DNA of 63,368 nt, counting the filler. It is 4 parts of 4 records of this genome, joined end to end, with 100 filler letters (N's around TTAATTAATTAA, not from the genome) between each part and the next. Parts side by side here need not be neighbours in the genome. Positions count along the whole stretch, not along the records: positions 55,974 to 63,368 come from SRR22947725_1780; 3 more parts are not named here. One strand, written 5' to 3'. Below are positions 58,361 through 63,368 of this stretch, one piece after another (position 1 is the stretch's first letter; each line of letters opens with the position of its first letter). The notes under the pieces are model-generated. The model had not been told where the DNA came from, ran no database searches, and was given only the letters and a program-made list of their open reading frames with translations. Made by a program: the position numbers and the translations under genes.

Positions 58361-61300
58361 ATGGAAAAGATGAAGGCCGCAGGGGGTGCCATGGGTGGCA
58401 TGGCAGGAAAGATGATGTCAAAAGGATCGGGCCAAGGTCGGAAATCCCTGACCGGCATGCCGACTGGTCCCAAGCAGGTGCTTTTTTCCCGCCCACTTAC
58501 TCCCTCATTTTGGGTCATTGGTTTTCCACGCGCACTGTGAGTGCAGATCGGTGAAATCAAGCTCTTCCAGAAAACACTCAACGACATTATCAAGGGAATG
58601 CGGAACACACGCAAAGACCAAGCCAAATACGTCGCACAGGTCATCATCCCGCCCTCACCCTCGCTGCCCCGGTGTGGTGGTTAGTTACGCAAGCATTACA
58701 TGGTCACCATTATTTGTTACACCAATCACAAGCTGAGACTAAACTTCACAAGCACCCCAATATGCCACCAAAATGTGAAGGTGATGAAAGAGGTCAAGGA
58801 GGAGCTCAAAAGCGACGATATGCGGACCAAGGTGACGGCAGTGCAAAAGCTCACATACCTGCACATGATGGGTTATGACATGTCATGGGCGTCATTCCAC
58901 ATCGTTGAGATCATGTCCTCCCCGCGTTTCTCACACAAACGGATTGGTTACTTGGCGGCTGCTCAATGCTTTGATGACACAACCGATGTCATCCTTCTCA
59001 CCACGAATCTATTCAAGAAGAACTTCGCGTCATCATCACAATACGAGGTTGGCCTCGCGATCTCGTGCCTATCAAACATAGCCACCCCCGATCTATGTGA
59101 GGCGCTGGTGGCCGACGTGGTGGCCAAATTGGGCGCTTCCACACCGTATGTGCGAAAGAAGGCTGTCCTTTCCCTGTACAAGATTTATGTCCGTTATCCT
59201 GACGCCCTAAAGCCGACATTTCCTCGCCTCAAGTCGAAACTTAGCGACGACGAGCCTTCGGTGGTGTCCGCAGCCGTCAACGTGATCACGGAGCTAGCGC
59301 GTAAGAATCCACGCAATTTTCTGGGGCTGGCCCCTGTGCTATTCAATATCCTGACCACGTCTTCCAACAACTGGATGATCATCAAGGTTGTCAAGCTCAT
59401 GGGCGCCTTGCTGCCCCTGGAGCCTCGCCTGGTGAAGAAGCTGTCAGCACCCATGGCAAACATCCTCAGCAACACGCAGGCCAAGTCGCTGCTATACGAG
59501 TGCATTTATACCGTGCTGGTGGGCATGTCAGAGGACACAGGGCTGGTGAAATTGGCCTCAGAGAAGCTTCGTTTGTTTATTGAGGACGAGGATCAGAACC
59601 TGAAATTCCTTGGCCTTGTGGCCTTGGAGAAGCTACTAGATTCTCACCCGCGCCTGGTGGTCGAGTACCGAGACGTGGTCATGAAGTGTTTGGTGGACAA
59701 AGATATCACTATTCGTGAGCAGGCGGTGCGCGTCATCGGCGGCATGGCCACGCGCCGATCGATTGCTGACATTGTGGACAGGCTGCTAGATCATGCTACC
59801 AAGGCTGAAGGTGCATATCGTGACTTCTTGATCCAGAGCATCGTGGACATGTGCGCCAAGGAGAACTACGCTCGCATCTCTGACTTCGAGTGGTATGTCT
59901 CGCTCCTGGTGCAGCTCGGCACAATGCAATCCACTGTATGTGCTGATAACATCGCTAGGCAACTGATGGACGTGTGCATCCGCGTAAAGGCGGTGCGCGG
60001 CTACACAGCCAACATGTGCACCGCCCTGCTGCTGGACGCCCGCCTCATGGCGCCGAAGGAGAACACCAAGGTGCTTGTGTCGGCGGCTTACATTGCTGGC
60101 GAAAACGCGGCGCTGATCCCCACCGAAAATGGGGACGCGGTCAAGACCTTGGGGCCCACAATGAGAAGCCTTCTGGACTCTCGGGTTCTGACTTTGCCTT
60201 CGGAGGTGCAGCAAGTTTACGTGCATGCGGCACTCAAGATCCTGGTGGTCCTGTTTGCACAGGCGAATGCAGAGGACTTGACTGAGTTGCAGGATTGGGC
60301 TGTAGAGACAGTTGGGGCTTTCACGCTGAGCGCGGACGCCGAGGTACAGGAGCGGTCTTGCCTGCTGCAGCAGATGCTGAAGGTTGTCTCTGGTAGCGGG
60401 GACGAAATCGGGATTCCTGTGGACACGGCGGCTCTCGTCAGCGAGCTTCCCGCCCTTTTCCAGCCCGACCTTCTTCCAGTGTCGTCCAAGGCGCAGCGCA
60501 AAGTAAAAGCCAAATGCAGTCTCAAGCAGTGGATCGGACCTAAACCGCCGCAGATTAGTGCTTCAGAGCTCAAGACGGATCCGTGGAAGGAAGTGGAGGA
60601 CCCAACCAGCTTTTATGACGGAGAGGACGAGGAGGAGGACGTAGAGGAGGATGCCGTCGCGAAAGAGGATGTGGCGGCGAAGAAGCACGCTGGAAGCACT
60701 GCGCGGTCAGCTGAGTCAGTATTTTACCTTGATGACGGCGATGAGAACGGAGAAGACGTTGACGCAATTCCCATAGCCAAATTAGATTTGGGGGGTTTTG
60801 GCGAGGAGGAGCCTAAGAAGTCGAAAAAGAGCAAAAAGAAGTCGAAGAAGTCGAAGAAGGCTGCCGCCGAGGCCGATGCTGCGCGTCCAGACGTCCTGGT
60901 CTTTGGTGAGGATGATGATGATGATGATGATGTGGTTAGCTCTGAGGAGGAGGACCTGGGCGATCTTGCCAAGCTCAAGGATGGTGATGTGGCTTTGCCG
61001 GAGGGGCCGCAACATCGTCAGGTGACGGAGGTGAAGTCTCAGGACAAAAAGGAAAAGAAGAAGAAAAAGGAGAAGAAAGAGAAGAAAGAGAAGAAGGAGA
61101 AGAAGAAGAGGAAGGACATTGAAAAAGAACAAGGTAAAGAAACGAGCAAGGCCAAACAGACCGAGGAGATGCTGCTGGATTTCGGTGAAGAACCACCACA
61201 GGGCAATGCCGGTACAGCTGATTTCTACGGCGACGAGGAGGGGACAAAGACAAAGAAAAAGAAAAAGGACAAAAGTAAGAAGGACAAGAAGGTCAAGAAG

Positions 61301-62107
61301 GAGAAAAAGTCCAAGAAGCGACGTGGGGGTGACGTTGTCTTCGCCGATGACAACCTTCGATTGACCTGCGCAGTCACAGGCTCCAAGGAGGCGACCTCCG
61401 ATAACGGGGATGTCAGTGATCTGCTTGCCCTGGCTGGGGACAGCAATCAGTCTGCGGTGGATGTGACCGTTGAGGTCACTTTCACCAGCCTATGTTCGTC
61501 CCACCTCAGCGCTGCTGCCTTGGATTGCCAACAGCTTTTGGTCCGTGGGAAACCAATGGAGCTTGCTGTGAAGGACAAATCGGTGGCCGGCGTAGGCGCT
61601 GCTGGGCTTGCGCCAAAGGAGACTGTCGTCGCAAATATGATTTTGCGGCTCACTGGCAAAGAGGCATTTGAGGGGGCGCTTGGGGGTGGCTGTGCCGTAG
61701 AGGCCATGGTCCGTTACGACTCCCTCATGCCCGTAGAGGCTAAGGCCAGTTATCTTGTGAAGGGAACATCGTTGCTCACAGGAACCGCCATCACAATGGA
61801 GGCTTACGAACAGCTCATGCGGGACACAGACCGGCTCGCACATACTACTGCAGGTCGAGTCGATCTCAAGTTGACTTCATCTCTCAAAGAGGCCTTGACC
61901 ACTATCTGTAGTGCTGTAGGACTGTATGTCACCGCATCAACTGAGACCGCTGCGACCCTGTACGGCGAAGCCGTGGCAGGTCTGCCCCCGGCTGTTGTAT
62001 GCGTGATGCTGAAGATGGTGGATCAAGCAGTCGTGGGGGTGAGTGTACGTGGGTCTTGCGAGGGCCTTCCAGAAGAGGTGATGAAGGAGCTTCGGGCCAT
62101 CTTGTGA
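58361..62107 (+). CDS. AP3D1: AP-3 adaptor complex subunit delta; exons 58361-58477, 58547-58639, 58781-62107
   Basis: FQKTLNDIIKGMRN, KLTYLHMMGYDMSWASFH, KRIGYLAA, NNWMIIKVVKL and DFEWY motifs; Lys/Glu-rich hinge. Confidence 0.93.
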
Positions 62108-62751
62108 CCAGAATGGAGCACCAGATGTGATGATATGGGCAGCAATGAGGACCATCCTGCTCGGCAGATGCACTGCTGGCAAAGAAAAACACTAATTTTA
62201 CAAGCACCGGTTCGTCCATTTTTGCTAATTTCATTGGTCGGCACAGTAAAGGGCAAAGGATTTCATCAGGCCAGACATCATCAACGATATTGGTTCTTGC
62301 TTTGTCCTAGGCATCGTTTAGGAAAACTGCACCAGCGGCAGGATCCCCCGTCGATACATTACTGAGGTTGGTCATTAGAGTGTGCATCATTTTCTACCCA
62401 ATCAGATCCTGCCAGATACGACGTCAGCCCCCCATAGCAGTTTTCCTTTGACTTGACGGGTATGAATTATCATCTTGACGTCCTGTTGCCGAGGTGGGAA
62501 AGTGTGTCATGATTTATTGGAACAGGATACGGCCCAGAGTGAAAACAAGGAAACTATCCTTGGAGTGTACGTGAGCCATCCCGTTGGGAGATTGAAGGAT
62601 GTGTGTGCGTTTTTATCTCCGAGTCGTGTGCATGAGGCCGGGCACGTGCTCGTGAGCAGCAAGCGTCCTCTTTTCTTTTTCAAACCAACCTTTCATTTTG
62701 ATTCATGAACCGAAATGGGCATTCATAAACAAGTTCGAAGCCATATCGTCC

Positions 62752-63330
62752 GTGAGATGAGATTTAATAGGACTGATGTGGATTTATGATCGGAGTTTAT
62801 TAGAACGAGCGGATGGATAAAGTGAGCAGGGCAGGGCCCTACAACTGGAACTTGTTGTTGAGAGTGTTTGATAGCGTCGTGAACCCAACGACGGACGGTG
62901 ATGGAGCAGGTGAAAGTGAAGGTGTCAGTTATTTATTTTTCAAAACGTCTTGGTTTTACGAGGCTCTTTGGGGGAACATCTAGCTATCAGAATTGTTATC
63001 AAAACATTAAGCTAAATCTAAAAAAACTTCGATATCATGCCGTACGCATGCACGACACCTTGAGATGGGCATCGATATCGACCAGAATTGTTTTCAAAAG
63101 ACTTCCTCATCATACCAGAAACATCCCAATTACACTCAGCTGCTCCTCACCATGACACCATCACACCTCCGGATCTTCACAGTCTCTTCCACTAGGCCCA
63201 TGTCGGGCCAAACGCGGTTATCAGTGATGGTGGTGCTCAGGTGAGATGAGATTTAATAGAAAAGTGAACGTGAGATGAGATGAGATTTAATAGAAGCTAG
63301 AAGCGACGGAAAGGATGAGAAGGTGAGGCT
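62752..63330 (-). repeat. Three further copies of the TGAGATGAGATTTAATAG repeat (62752, 63241, 63270)
   Basis: Exact recurrence of GTGAGATGAGATTTAATAG; the minus strand reads CTATTAAA(TCTCA)n. Confidence 0.65.
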
Positions 63331-63368
63331 CGCAACAGTCCAATCCAAACCATCGTCTGATAAACGCG

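Noticed and set aside
62135-63240. Protein-coding gene or transposase downstream of AP-3 delta
   Set aside because: Only short ORFs with frequent stops and no recognisable motif on either strand; a decayed element cannot be excluded.
62752-63330. CRISPR array
   Set aside because: Spacing is irregular, the context is eukaryotic, and there are no cas genes or constant-length spacers.

Overview
This window is not one genome. It is four unrelated contigs joined by artificial 100-nt linkers (N-run + TTAATTAATTAA + N-run at 16175-16274, 40328-40427 and 55874-55973). Contig 1 (1-16174) is a GC-rich, very gene-dense eukaryote with short GT-AG introns, probably a small green alga. It carries DUS3, two tandem Golgi-type sulfotransferases, peroxisomal DECR2, alpha-SNAP, a SYP1-type syntaxin with two alternative terminal exons, PPME1, SMP-30, an ABCI/ECF-type ATPase, PARN and a sugar transporter. 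Contig 2 (16275-40327) is bacterial, probably a marine Verrucomicrobium (taxonomy is inference), and is almost entirely a light/photo-oxidative and DNA-damage island. It holds a renalase-like oxidoreductase, pirin, AlkB, SOUL, Gpx, umuDC with a UmuDAb-like N-terminus and palindromic operator, a CPD photolyase followed by a eukaryote-type (6-4) photolyase/animal-like cryptochrome, a ligase plus MBL exonuclease, and an alternative sigma-70 heading a furan-fatty-acid-type lipid operon. Contig 3 (40428-55873) is bacterial and PVC-like: TonB receptor + YigM/BioP with a BirA-like box, MsrA, LemA/M48, sulfatase-DUF1080, an SHD1-repeat protein and a sugar epimerase/propeller/cytochrome c cluster. Contig 4 (55974-63368) is a second eukaryote with intron-containing RBM22 and AP-3 delta and a small dispersed repeat family. 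The strongest leads are the bacterial eukaryote-type (6-4) photolyase in its photoprotection island, the putative UmuD-repressor regulon (TTGAAA-N11-TTTCAA), the algal syntaxin with duplicated C-terminal exons, and a candidate TonB-dependent biotin uptake system. All family calls come from motif recognition by eye; no searches were run.
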